DNA from: Promethearchaeota archaeon
Lineage (GTDB): Archaea; Asgardarchaeota; Lokiarchaeia; Sigyniarchaeales; SOKP01
Assembly: GCA_016839765.1 (NCBI GenBank)
Contig: JAEOTP010000004.1
Coordinates: 1 to 53,092 of the forward strand
Reading direction: 5' to 3'
Length of the DNA: 53,092 bases
The notes beneath the pieces were generated by a model. The model was not told where the DNA came from. It made no database searches and worked only from the letters and a program-made list of their open reading frames with translations. The translations under genes were made by a program, and so were the position numbers. This document shows positions 25,767-35,903 of this stretch, one piece after another (position 1 is the stretch's first letter; every line of letters starts with the position of its first letter).

Positions 25767-26258
25767 TTAACTTGAAATAAATTTAACAAGATCTTTGATA
25801 ATTGAATACTTTTTCTCTTTAAATTTTTCATGTTTGATAGTATCTTCAATTTTTTTAATCTCTTTTGAAAAATCAAAAAATGAAAACTCATTTATCTCTT
25901 GCTTTTTAGAAGTTTCACCTACTTTTTTTAAAAACACACTAATACTTGGCATAAGTTTTGCTAAATTAACGTCTAAATCCAATTTTGAAATTAAAATTAA
26001 CTCTTCATTGAACGTAAATAAGTAATTATAATCTTGAGCTTCTAAAGCAAAAGAATTTATTTTTTTTAAATTCAAATCTTTAGCAATATCTTGAGAATTA
26101 GCTATAAGCGATAGAATTTTTTGGGGTATGACTTTTCCTTTAGAAAATTCTTTAATTGCCGTTCCAAGTATTATACCATATCGATTTGCTATTGCACATT
26201 CTGAATTTAGTTCTGTTTTTAATTGTGAGATTATATCATCGTAGTTAATTTGTTTCAT
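25767..26258 (-). CDS. Roadblock/LC7 (MglB/LAMTOR-like) domain protein with C-terminal helical extension
   Basis: Helix - CAIANRYGIILGT beta-hairpin - helix - three strands - VNLAKL helix; 40 nt upstream of the GTPase gene. Confidence 0.7.
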   Translation of the reverse strand: MKQINYDDIISQLKTELNSECAIANRYGIILGTAIKEFSKGKVIPQKILSLIANSQDIAKDLNLKKINSFALEAQDYNYLFTFNEELILISKLDLDVNLAKLMPSISVFLKKVGETSKKQEINEFSFFDFSKEIKKIEDTIKHEKFKEKKYSIIKDLVKFISS

Positions 26259-26366
26259 GATTCAATTATGTCCCTTTTGAATAAATAATAATCTATAATT
26301 TATTTATATTTAATTGAATTATAATCTTAAGATTTGAGATTAAATTAAATTTATTAGAAAATAAAA

Positions 26367-27152
26367 GTGAAAATATATAAATTTCATTTTATAGAAAAAG
26401 AATCAGATATCACTATTATCTCAGAGTCTAAAAATGCTATTTTAAGAGCAAAAAATGAATTTCATCTTCATAGAAGAATTCTGGAAAGATATTTAATAAA
26501 GCATAAGGAATTTCTTACTTCATTTTCACCGGTTAAAGTCCAAACTGATTATGATATAATCAATCTAATGGTTAAAGTAGCACTCCTATGTGATGTTGGT
26601 CCAATGGCTACTGTGGCAGGAGCATTTGCAGATTTGATGCTTAAAATAATGAAATCTAAAAATGATGATTTTGAAACCGCAAAAATCGCATTGATAGAAA
26701 ATGGTGGAGAAATAGCCAACGATTCTGAAAAAACAATGAAAATTGCCCTTTTTGCTGGAAATAATGAATTAAATCTGAATATTGGATTTTTAATTGAAAA
26801 AAAAGACTGCCCCATTGGTATTGCGACTAGTTCAGCAACAATAGGACATGCAATTAGTCTTGGCCAAGCAGACGCAGTGACCATTTTTGCCGAAAATGCT
26901 ACAATAGCAGATGGAGCTGCAACAAAAATTGGAAATATTGTAAAAGGGGAAGATATTGAGAAATCTATCAAAAACGGATTAGACATTGTTGATGATTTAG
27001 AAGATATTAGAGGAGTTTTTATTTCTCGAAAAGACAAAATAGGAATTACTGGAAATATTCCTCAAATGGTTAAGATAGAAGGCACTAAAGAATTAATACT
27101 AAAGAATAAGATTGAATATTTCCTTCCAGGTAATTTTGAGATTTTTAAATAA
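26367..27152 (+). CDS. UPF0280/ApbE-like family protein
   Basis: VGPMATVAGA, ENGGEI, GIATSSATIGHAISLG.ADAVT, ADGAAT..GN. Confidence 0.88.
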   Translation: MKIYKFHFIEKESDITIISESKNAILRAKNEFHLHRRILERYLIKHKEFLTSFSPVKVQTDYDIINLMVKVALLCDVGPMATVAGAFADLMLKIMKSKNDDFETAKIALIENGGEIANDSEKTMKIALFAGNNELNLNIGFLIEKKDCPIGIATSSATIGHAISLGQADAVTIFAENATIADGAATKIGNIVKGEDIEKSIKNGLDIVDDLEDIRGVFISRKDKIGITGNIPQMVKIEGTKELILKNKIEYFLPGNFEIFK

Positions 27153-29424
27153 CCCAATAATAGGGAAATTCTATACCATTTTCACTTTTAGAAGAACAAA
27201 TCTTATTCATGTAATCCATACTATAATATTCTTCCATTTCTTCTTCTGTTAATCTTTCGAAAACATCAAATCCGGTAAATGCCATGTAATTATCATCTAA
27301 TATTAAATAAATATCTGTATTTAGATCCTCCTTCATTTGTTGTAACTTATTCGTACCATTTGGGTAGAAATGGTCTGCTGGTTTAAAATAACCTTTTGGT
27401 GCTTGTTTGAAATGAATAAGATCGGATAATAAAATACTTTTATTATGTTCTTCATAAGGATATTCAAAATACATAACTACATAGGGAATTCCAAATTCAC
27501 AAATTATAAAATTTACATCAGAAGTATAGCGTGAATACCATTGAAGGGAGTATACTTCACGTTTATGTAGACTATATTCTTTATCGTCGATATCAAACAG
27601 TTGATTTGAAAATTGGGCAAAAAAAGTAAAAATAACTACACTTAAAATAAAAATTTTGATTTTAATCGTAGTAATTGAGTTTAATTTAATTAATTTATAT
27701 AAATAAGATATAAAACCAAAAATTAAAACGGGGGAGATTAATAATAATATTCTTCCGGACCAAAATTCATGCAGAACAAACACATCCAGAGAAAAAGCAG
27801 CTAAATATATTATTGTCATACCAAATAACCATAATAATAACGATTTACCTCTTGGATTTTTTTGGAATAAAATTAACCCCCATGTTCCGAAAAATATCAT
27901 AATGAAAAATTCAAGTGCAATTAATAATCTTGAAAAGTATAAATCAAGAAAATTATAATTCACTACTAAAGCTGAAATAAGAAATATTGCACTGAATGAT
28001 AAGAAAATTGGAAATATTAGTTTATCTTCTATTTTTTTATAATATCCATATTTCTGACCCGAAATAACTAATTTAAATCTATTTTTTTCAAATTTAATAC
28101 CGCTTCGTAATTTTAAAACTATTAGAAATGCAATAACACCCCCTATAACTAGAAAATACCAGGGCAAACCTAAAATATCAACAATAGTCCAATGAGCACT
28201 TATTCCACTAATATTAAATAAAATGACAAACGCTGCAAGACAGGTACATAAGATTACAAAATCTATTCCTCGCTTATAACTTCTAGTAAAATAAATTAGA
28301 AAAATGAAGGCAAATGATACCACATATATTGTTGCTATAAGAGAGTGAGTAAATAAGGCACTAATATAGATTAATATAATAAAAATATATGTGAAAGTTA
28401 AATTTGAGAATATTTCTTTCTTCCTAGGAGGTTCTTCTTTAACAAAATTTTCTAGTCTCACATAGAGTAAAAAGAAAATGTATAAGGATTGAATGGATGC
28501 TAAAGATGTTGGCCAAAATTGATACATTGTATTGCTAAAACCCAAAGAAGTAAATTCTACTAAAAAAACTCCTAAAATGGCTAAGTTACGGTTTTTAAAA
28601 ATCCGTTTTAAAATATTATAAATTAAAAGCCCTGAAACCAAAAATGTATAAAAAGAGAAATATTGTGCTAAAAGTAAATGATCTATTCCGGTAAAAAAAT
28701 GAATTAATGCCGCAAATAAATGTAAACCCAAAGCACCGAAATATTGATCAACTGGCAAATAATTAAGATTATTTATCAATTTAACCATAAAGATATGATA
28801 CATCGCATCAGTACCATAAAAATAGCTGAATCTTACGCCATTCAGTATTGACATCAAAATTAAAAAGATTACTACTAATATTCCAGATAAAGGTATTCTT
28901 CTTTTAAAATAATTTAAAATAGAAAAACTCTCGTAAAATGATTGTTTATCAACGCTAAATTCTTCAACTTTTAAGAAAAGAGAAGTTTTAGTCCTTTCTT
29001 CATAAATAATGATAAATATTAACAATGAAAAATATATGACTAAGGTTAAAAGAAAGAAGAAATACCCTGTAATAGGAATTTCAAAAATATTTCCAAGATA
29101 TGCAGATAAGATATAAAGAGTTAAATTCGCAACTATCGTTAAACTAATTTTTTCTAAAAAATTGAAATTCTTATTTCTAAATATTATAAAAAATAAAGGA
29201 TAAAAAGGTAAAAATATAACAATAAAAGCTGTGCTAAGTAAACATATCAGTTTAAAAAAAAATTGAAATATATACATATTATTTATTTCCAGAAAAACTG
29301 ATATGCCAATTAGATTGAAAAAAACTATAATAAAGGATAATAAAGATAAAATAAGTACAGTAATTTGTTTTCTTGTATAAATGAATAATATTATTTTATT
29401 TAAAGTAATCCTTAGTTTACTCAT
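27145..29424 (-). CDS. Polytopic membrane protein, probable GT-C-fold glycosyltransferase
   Basis: Many TM helices; GTDAMYH loop after the N-terminal TMs; soluble C-terminal domain; at the edge of the glycan cluster. Confidence 0.6.
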   Translation of the reverse strand: MSKLRITLNKIILFIYTRKQITVLILSLLSFIIVFFNLIGISVFLEINNMYIFQFFFKLICLLSTAFIVIFLPFYPLFFIIFRNKNFNFLEKISLTIVANLTLYILSAYLGNIFEIPITGYFFFLLTLVIYFSLLIFIIIYEERTKTSLFLKVEEFSVDKQSFYESFSILNYFKRRIPLSGILVVIFLILMSILNGVRFSYFYGTDAMYHIFMVKLINNLNYLPVDQYFGALGLHLFAALIHFFTGIDHLLLAQYFSFYTFLVSGLLIYNILKRIFKNRNLAILGVFLVEFTSLGFSNTMYQFWPTSLASIQSLYIFFLLYVRLENFVKEEPPRKKEIFSNLTFTYIFIILIYISALFTHSLIATIYVVSFAFIFLIYFTRSYKRGIDFVILCTCLAAFVILFNISGISAHWTIVDILGLPWYFLVIGGVIAFLIVLKLRSGIKFEKNRFKLVISGQKYGYYKKIEDKLIFPIFLSFSAIFLISALVVNYNFLDLYFSRLLIALEFFIMIFFGTWGLILFQKNPRGKSLLLWLFGMTIIYLAAFSLDVFVLHEFWSGRILLLISPVLIFGFISYLYKLIKLNSITTIKIKIFILSVVIFTFFAQFSNQLFDIDDKEYSLHKREVYSLQWYSRYTSDVNFIICEFGIPYVVMYFEYPYEEHNKSILLSDLIHFKQAPKGYFKPADHFYPNGTNKLQQMKEDLNTDIYLILDDNYMAFTGFDVFERLTEEEMEEYYSMDYMNKICSSKSENGIEFPYYWVI

Positions 29425-29521
29425 AAGATCAAATCAATTATTATCTTTTTAAATGTGAAAAATATTATAATAAATTAATTTTTTTTCTAATCAAAATTTT
29501 CTTTTTTATATTGGTTATTCG

Positions 29522-30484
29522 TTATATATTAATAGTATTTTTTCTTTTATACCATTCTAAATAATCTTTTAATCCACTTTCCTGATTATATTTCGGTTTG
29601 AAATTTAATGATTCTTTAGCTTTAGAGATATCAGCATAACTATTAGAAATATCACCCGGGCGTGGATCTGTGTAAATAATTTTCAGATTCTGTTTGTTTG
29701 TAATTTTTAGCATCAAATTTGCCAATTCAGTTAAATTTATAGGGCAACCGGCACCAATATTAAACAACTGTCCTGAAAAATCTTTTTCTGCTACTAATAG
29801 GTTAGCTTGAATAATATCTTTAACATAAGTGAAGTCTCTTGAATTTTTGCCATCTCCAAATATAATTAAATCCTCATCTCTTATAATCCTTCCTAACCAA
29901 ATCGCAATAACTCCACTATAAGGAGAATCTCTCTGCCTAGGTCCGTACACATTAAAATATCTTAAAATATTTGTTCTTAATCCGTAAATAAGTCTAAAAA
30001 CCTCCATATATGCTTCACATGTTAATTTACTGACACCATATGGAGATATTGGCTTTAATTTCATGTCTTCATCAAGCGGTAAGGTTGAAATATTACCATA
30101 TACAGAAGAACTGGATGCGAATATTAATTTATCAATATCATTTTTTCTTGCAATGTTTAATATATTTAAAGTACCATTTATATTGACATTATTACAAGAA
30201 TCTGGCATTAATATTGATTGAGGTACACTAGTAAATGCTGCTTGATGATAAATTATATCAATCTCTTTAGAAATTTCCAATACATAATTAAAATCTCTAA
30301 TATCGGTTTTATAAAATCGAAAATTTTTATTTTTTAAAGCCCATTCTAAGTTATCTAATCTCCCATTATATAGATTATCAATTCCAATTACATTTGCTCC
30401 CAATTTGAGTAATTCATCTGTTAGGTTACTTCCTATAAATCCAGCGGCTCCGGTAACTAAAATATTCTTTCCTTTAACAAGCAT
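29522..30484 (-). CDS. NAD-dependent nucleotide-sugar 4-epimerase (GalE/WbpP-like SDR)
   Basis: TGAAGFIGS, ASSSSVYG, YGVSK, RYFNVYGPRQ, RDFTYV. Confidence 0.9.
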   Translation of the reverse strand: MLVKGKNILVTGAAGFIGSNLTDELLKLGANVIGIDNLYNGRLDNLEWALKNKNFRFYKTDIRDFNYVLEISKEIDIIYHQAAFTSVPQSILMPDSCNNVNINGTLNILNIARKNDIDKLIFASSSSVYGNISTLPLDEDMKLKPISPYGVSKLTCEAYMEVFRLIYGLRTNILRYFNVYGPRQRDSPYSGVIAIWLGRIIRDEDLIIFGDGKNSRDFTYVKDIIQANLLVAEKDFSGQLFNIGAGCPINLTELANLMLKITNKQNLKIIYTDPRPGDISNSYADISKAKESLNFKPKYNQESGLKDYLEWYKRKNTINI

Positions 30485-30687
30485 AATCGAACAATTTATA
30501 TTAAAGAATATAATTCATGATCGAAAAAAAGATTTTAGCAATGTTTTTTTAAATTTTTCATTATTATTTAACATACGATTTTTCTCTTATTTAAAATCAA
30601 AAAAAGAAAACAACCCTTCATAAATTTTAATCTTAAAATTGATATTTATTTTATAAATCTAACTATACATCATAAAACTGATTATCT

Positions 30688-31674
30688 ATGATAACTGAAA
30701 GCAAAATTTTAATCACAGGAGCAGCAGGCTTTATTGGATCACATTTAACTGAAGTTTTATTAAAAAATGATAACTATTTGATACTTGTAGATAATTTTAA
30801 CGAATATTATAAAGGTAAAGAAGAAACATTAAGAGGAATAATTAAAAACTATAAAAGTAAAGAAAATTACAACTTAATCAAAGGAGACCTTTTAGATACT
30901 TCAATTTATAAACAAATCGATAAAGATATCGATTATATTTTTCATTTAGCTGCTCAAGCAGGCGTAAGATATTCTATCAATAATCCAATTGAAGTTATAA
31001 AGAATAATGTAATTAGTACAACTAAAATATATGAATTTTCCTTACAAACGGAAAAACTTAAAAAATTGATATATGCGTCATCTTCATCTGTATATGGAAA
31101 TCCAAGTTACACGCCCTGTGATGAGGAGCATCAAAAAAATCCGATATCTCCGTATGCTTTATCAAAATTAACAGGAGAGATATATGCAGATTATTATTAT
31201 CGTGAATATGGAATACCAATTACGTCTTTAAGGTTTTATACGGTGTATGGCCCAAGAGGAAGACCTGATATGGCTATATATACGTTCTATAATTTAATGC
31301 TCCAAAATAAAGAAATAGGTATTTATGGAAATGGTGAACAACTTAGAGATTTTACCTATATATCTGATATTATAGATGGACTAATTTTAGCAGGAGAAAA
31401 GGATGAATCTAAAGGGGAAGTCTTCAATCTAGGTTATTCTAATCCGATAAGCGTTAATCAGTTAGTTGATAAAATGTATAAAATAACAAATAAAACTAAG
31501 AAGATTAAATATTTGCAAAAACAAAAAGGAGATGTTAATATTACTCATTCAGATATAAATAAAGCTAAGAGGATATTGAATTTTAGACCAAAAATAGATA
31601 TAGATGAAGGTTTAGCATTACAATATCATTGGCAACTGGCTTTTTTTAAAGGATCAAAGAAATACATTTTATAA
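30688..31674 (+). CDS. NAD-dependent epimerase (UDP-glucuronate 4-epimerase-like)
   Basis: TGAAGFIG, HLAAQAGVRYS, YALSK, LRFYTVYGPRGRPDMA. Confidence 0.9.
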   Translation: MITESKILITGAAGFIGSHLTEVLLKNDNYLILVDNFNEYYKGKEETLRGIIKNYKSKENYNLIKGDLLDTSIYKQIDKDIDYIFHLAAQAGVRYSINNPIEVIKNNVISTTKIYEFSLQTEKLKKLIYASSSSVYGNPSYTPCDEEHQKNPISPYALSKLTGEIYADYYYREYGIPITSLRFYTVYGPRGRPDMAIYTFYNLMLQNKEIGIYGNGEQLRDFTYISDIIDGLILAGEKDESKGEVFNLGYSNPISVNQLVDKMYKITNKTKKIKYLQKQKGDVNITHSDINKAKRILNFRPKIDIDEGLALQYHWQLAFFKGSKKYIL

Positions 31675-31845
31675 ATCTAAATAATCAATTTTATAGATAA
31701 TAATTAAGAAAAAATTCTGTAATTTTTAATAATCAATTCTATATATAATAAAAATAATTATATTCATGTGTATCATATTAAAACTTAGATATTTATTTCT
31801 TAAAAATCAATAAAATAACCCCAATTAGAAAAAAGAGCTTATTTC

Positions 31846-32811
31846 TTGAATATTAGAAGTTTAAAGGGAAACAAATATATACAAAAACCCTTTCAAAAGC
31901 CTACACATGTAAACCTATTCCAAGAATTGTATAAATACATCGAAAATTTTAAAAATTATGAAGATCAGGTAATAATTTCCATAGTTATACCTTTATATAA
32001 TGAGGAAAAGACAATTAGGAAAGTTCTAGATTGTCTCCCCAACCACAAATCAATTGAAATTATCGTGGTTAATGATCATTCTTCTGATAATAGTTTACAC
32101 GAAATTGAAATAGTTCAATCCTATAGAAATATCAAAGTAATAAATCATAAAATCAATAAGGGATACGGAGCAGCTATAATGACAGGAATTAAACAAGCTA
32201 AGGGAGGAGTTATTGTTTCCATGGACTCTGATGGACAACATAGCCCTGATGACCTTTTCACATTGGTAAAACCTATTTTGGATGAGAGGGCAGATTATAC
32301 AATTGGATCTAGATATCTTGGAACTTATTTTTATCAATTACCTTTATCAACGCGATTAGGAGAATTATTTGTTGAAAAATTAATTCGAATCTTTTTTGGA
32401 AAAAAGATTATGAATAATCAAAATGGTTTTCGAGCTTTTAATAGAAAAATCTTACCAATATTTAATGATCTTAAATATTCTGGATATGCGTTTTGTACGG
32501 AACAAATACTTAAAACTTCATTAGAAGGATATAAAATTAAAGAATGTCCAATTAAAGTGTATGATCGGAAGTATGGAACTTCTCATATTATTTTATCAAA
32601 ATTAGCTATAAACATGGTCACCTTATTTTTTAATTATATTATTAAGAAGATTAGAATAACTGTTATAAAGCGAGATAAATCTGGAATATTAAAAATTTAT
32701 GAAAAATCCCTAAAGAGAAAAAAAGAATTACTTAATTTAAAATTCAAAAAAGAATACACTTATTTGAATTCAATTATTTTTCTTGAACGAGGATATGCAA
32801 TTCCTTATTAA
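31846..32811 (+). CDS. GT2 glycosyltransferase (DPM1/polyprenol-phosphate sugar synthase-like)
   Basis: IPLYNEE, VNDHSSD, NKGYGAA, MDSDGQH, GSRY, GFRAF; start uncertain. Confidence 0.88.
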   Translation: MNIRSLKGNKYIQKPFQKPTHVNLFQELYKYIENFKNYEDQVIISIVIPLYNEEKTIRKVLDCLPNHKSIEIIVVNDHSSDNSLHEIEIVQSYRNIKVINHKINKGYGAAIMTGIKQAKGGVIVSMDSDGQHSPDDLFTLVKPILDERADYTIGSRYLGTYFYQLPLSTRLGELFVEKLIRIFFGKKIMNNQNGFRAFNRKILPIFNDLKYSGYAFCTEQILKTSLEGYKIKECPIKVYDRKYGTSHIILSKLAINMVTLFFNYIIKKIRITVIKRDKSGILKIYEKSLKRKKELLNLKFKKEYTYLNSIIFLERGYAIPY

Positions 32812-32956
32812 GATTTATAATCTTAAGCTTTCCTCTAAAATTGTTAAATTTTAACTATTTTTAGCTATTTAATTAAATTTTTATTAAATTACCATTTATA
32901 TTATTATAATACTTAATATTTCAATAGAATTGGAATTTTAGAATGAAGGTTTTAAT

Positions 32957-33799
32957 TTGAAAACTGCATCTAGTACTAATGCTACAGATATTGCTACAGA
33001 AAGGAAAATAATTAAAACCCGAAACAATTTTCATAAATTTAATGATTTGATTAATTATCTTGAGAATCATAAAACTAACAGCGACGCTGTGCTTCTTTCA
33101 ATAATTCTGCCAATGTATAATGAAGAAAAAACAATTCGTGCTGTATTAGAAAGTTTACCCAAGTATGAGTTAATTGAGATAATTGTTATCGATGATCATT
33201 CTACAGATAACAGTATTAAAGAAATTGGGAAAGTAAATTCCCCAAAAAGAATAAATATATTACAACATAAGGAAAACAAAGGTTATGGGGGCGCTATAAC
33301 TACAGGAATGAAACATGCAAAAGGAAAAGTTGTTGTCTGTATGGATAGCGACGGCCAACACAGCGCTAATGATCTATTCAATTTAATAAAACCAATTATC
33401 GAAGGTGAATCTGATATAGTAATTGGTTCAAGATATTTAGGTGCTTATAATTATCGTTTACCATTATTAAGACAATTTGGAGAAATTCTTGCAGAGAAAA
33501 TAATCAGAATATTATTCAGCTTAAAAATAAAAAATAATCAAAATGGCTTCCGCGCCTACAATAGGAAAGTTCTTAAAGTATTAAAACATGCAAGATATCT
33601 TGATTATACCTATTGTACAGAACAAATTTTAAAAGCTTCGATTTATGGCTTTAAAATTAAAGAATTCCCTATAAAAGTTTATGGTCGACAACATGGTGCT
33701 TCAAAAATGACGATTATACGACTTGCACTTAATATCTTCTCTTGCTTGTTATTATACTACATTAAAAAAATTAAAGTTAATTCTACAAAGAAGCACTAA
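32957..33799 (+). CDS. GT2 glycosyltransferase (DPM1-like), tandem paralog
   Basis: PMYNEE, IDDHSTD, MDSDGQH, NNQNGFRA; start uncertain. Confidence 0.88.
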   Translation: MKTASSTNATDIATERKIIKTRNNFHKFNDLINYLENHKTNSDAVLLSIILPMYNEEKTIRAVLESLPKYELIEIIVIDDHSTDNSIKEIGKVNSPKRINILQHKENKGYGGAITTGMKHAKGKVVVCMDSDGQHSANDLFNLIKPIIEGESDIVIGSRYLGAYNYRLPLLRQFGEILAEKIIRILFSLKIKNNQNGFRAYNRKVLKVLKHARYLDYTYCTEQILKASIYGFKIKEFPIKVYGRQHGASKMTIIRLALNIFSCLLLYYIKKIKVNSTKKH

Positions 33800-33880
33800 G
33801 AAATATTTCTCAAATTTTTTGAGATTTTTATTGTTAATAGAATCATAAAATTTTTGATTTGCTACTTCTATAATAATCCC

Positions 33881-34951
33881 ATGAAAAAAATAATTACCTG
33901 TATTGGAATTCGTCCAGACATTATACGTTTGTCTCAAATAATCAAGAAATTAGATAAATATTTTGAAAATATTCTTGTTGATAGTGGTCAGCATTACGAT
34001 TATAATTTAAATAAAATCTTTTATGATCAACTAGGTGTTCGAATACCTGAATATAACCTTGATATTAAAAGTGGAACTCATGCTACTCAAGTAGCAAGAC
34101 TTATGATTGAATTTGAGAAAGTGCTATTGCATTTAAATCCTGAATTTGTTATTGTTTTAGGAGATAATAATAGTAGTTTAGGATTTGCGATAGCCACTTC
34201 TAAATTAAATATTCCCCTAGTCCACATAGAAGCGGGTATGAGAAGTAAAAACTGGTTTATGCCAGAAGAAAAAAATCGTAAAATAATAGATCATTTGGCC
34301 GATATGAATCTCTGCTATTTACCTGAACATAAAGAAAATCTAATAAGGGAAGGATTAAACCCGAGAAGATGTTGGGTTATAGGTAATCCTATTTTAGAAG
34401 TTGTAAACGCAGTAGAAACGACATTTAAGCAAGATAAACCGTTTTACCTAGTCACATGTCATAGAGCTGAAAATACGGAGATGAAAGAAAACCTCGAAAC
34501 TATATTAATATTTTTAGGAGAGTTATATGAAAGAAAAAATGTAGAAATAAAATTCATTCTTATGCCAAAAACTAAGAATATGATGGAAAAATATGGCTTA
34601 AAGTTTCCAAAAGGCATTAATCCGATTCCTCCTCAAGGTTTTATAGAATTCCTTGGTATGGAAAAAGAAGCACAGTTAGTTTTAACTGATAGTGGGACAG
34701 TTGTTGAAGAGTGTGCCATTCTAGGAACCTCCTGTATGACGATAAGAGAAAGTACTGAAAGGATTGATTTAATTGAACTTGGTGTAAACGTATTAACTGG
34801 TATGGATAATAATCAAATGCTTGATTCAGCAGAATTAGCATTATCTCGTAAAGTTGAACCCGTATCTCATTATGGTAAAAATATATCCAATAAAATTTGT
34901 AATATATTGATCGGAAATTCTTTAAACTTCTATAAGAACTACGAAAGATAA
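33881..34951 (+). CDS. wecB: Non-hydrolysing UDP-GlcNAc 2-epimerase family (WecB/FnlC-WbjD type)
   Basis: GIRPDIIRLS, GQHYD, HIEAGMRS, PEEKNR, TDSGTVVEE, RESTER; ATG at 33881. Confidence 0.88.
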   Translation: MKKIITCIGIRPDIIRLSQIIKKLDKYFENILVDSGQHYDYNLNKIFYDQLGVRIPEYNLDIKSGTHATQVARLMIEFEKVLLHLNPEFVIVLGDNNSSLGFAIATSKLNIPLVHIEAGMRSKNWFMPEEKNRKIIDHLADMNLCYLPEHKENLIREGLNPRRCWVIGNPILEVVNAVETTFKQDKPFYLVTCHRAENTEMKENLETILIFLGELYERKNVEIKFILMPKTKNMMEKYGLKFPKGINPIPPQGFIEFLGMEKEAQLVLTDSGTVVEECAILGTSCMTIRESTERIDLIELGVNVLTGMDNNQMLDSAELALSRKVEPVSHYGKNISNKICNILIGNSLNFYKNYER

Positions 34952-34984
34952 ATTCATTTAATTTTTAAAAAGATATAATTCATT

Positions 34985-35884
34985 CTAGAATTTGTCCCTA
35001 TTTTTTAATATATAATCTTTAAGTTCTGAAATAGCGATTTTTATGTCTTTTTTTTCCATAATTTTATCTAGTTCTGAATATTTTGTAGCAAGTGATCGGT
35101 CTATCTTCTGTTCTGGTTTATTAACTCGATTAACTTTTAACTCTTTTTCAAAAATCTCATTGAATACATGCATTAATTGATACTTATTAACGGTGTTATT
35201 AGGAATATAGTGATGGATATAGGATTTATGTACTAATTCGTCATAAATGTTAAATGATATTATTTTTTCACACAGTTGGGCAAATTGAAGAGTAGTTACA
35301 CCGTTCCATATATGATGTTCAAAACCTCCAATTGTTCCTCCATTAGGTTGACTTAAAAACCATTCAAGTAAAAAAGAAGTTTCCTTTTTGAATTCAGGTC
35401 CAATAATAGAACATCTTATTATTAACATTGATCCATCAAAGACTTCACCAAGACTCTTTGACTTACCATATACATCTAAGGGATCATGCGGATCTTCTTC
35501 GCTGTATTTACCTTTTTTTCCAGAATATACACAATCTGTTCCAATTTGAATTATGTTAATATTATGTTTTTTAGCATAGCTGGCTAATTTCCATGGAAAA
35601 TCAGCATTTATTTGGATTGCTCGTTTAACTCCTTCAGGATCATCATCTTTAGAGAAAGGTTTAGTAATTCCTATACAATTAATAATATATTCAATTTCTA
35701 AATCAAGAAATAGTTTATTTTCCAATTGATTAATGTCATTAGCATCAAAAAGATATACATTATCATTTAAAAATTTTGGATTTCTCACAGTACCATATAC
35801 GGTAAAATCAGGATTTTTAGAAAGATAATCAAAAACCACTGAACCTAACATTCCACTTACGCCAAGAACTAAAATCTTTGTCAT
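34985..35884 (-). CDS. RmlD-like NDP-4-keto-6-deoxysugar reductase
   Basis: LGVSGMLG, INCIG, TDCVYSG, YGKSK..GE, RCSIIG, WNGVTT; ATG at 35884. Confidence 0.85.
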   Translation of the reverse strand: MTKILVLGVSGMLGSVVFDYLSKNPDFTVYGTVRNPKFLNDNVYLFDANDINQLENKLFLDLEIEYIINCIGITKPFSKDDDPEGVKRAIQINADFPWKLASYAKKHNINIIQIGTDCVYSGKKGKYSEEDPHDPLDVYGKSKSLGEVFDGSMLIIRCSIIGPEFKKETSFLLEWFLSQPNGGTIGGFEHHIWNGVTTLQFAQLCEKIISFNIYDELVHKSYIHHYIPNNTVNKYQLMHVFNEIFEKELKVNRVNKPEQKIDRSLATKYSELDKIMEKKDIKIAISELKDYILKNRDKF

Positions 35885-35903
35885 CCAAATTCTCACTCTT
35901 TAT

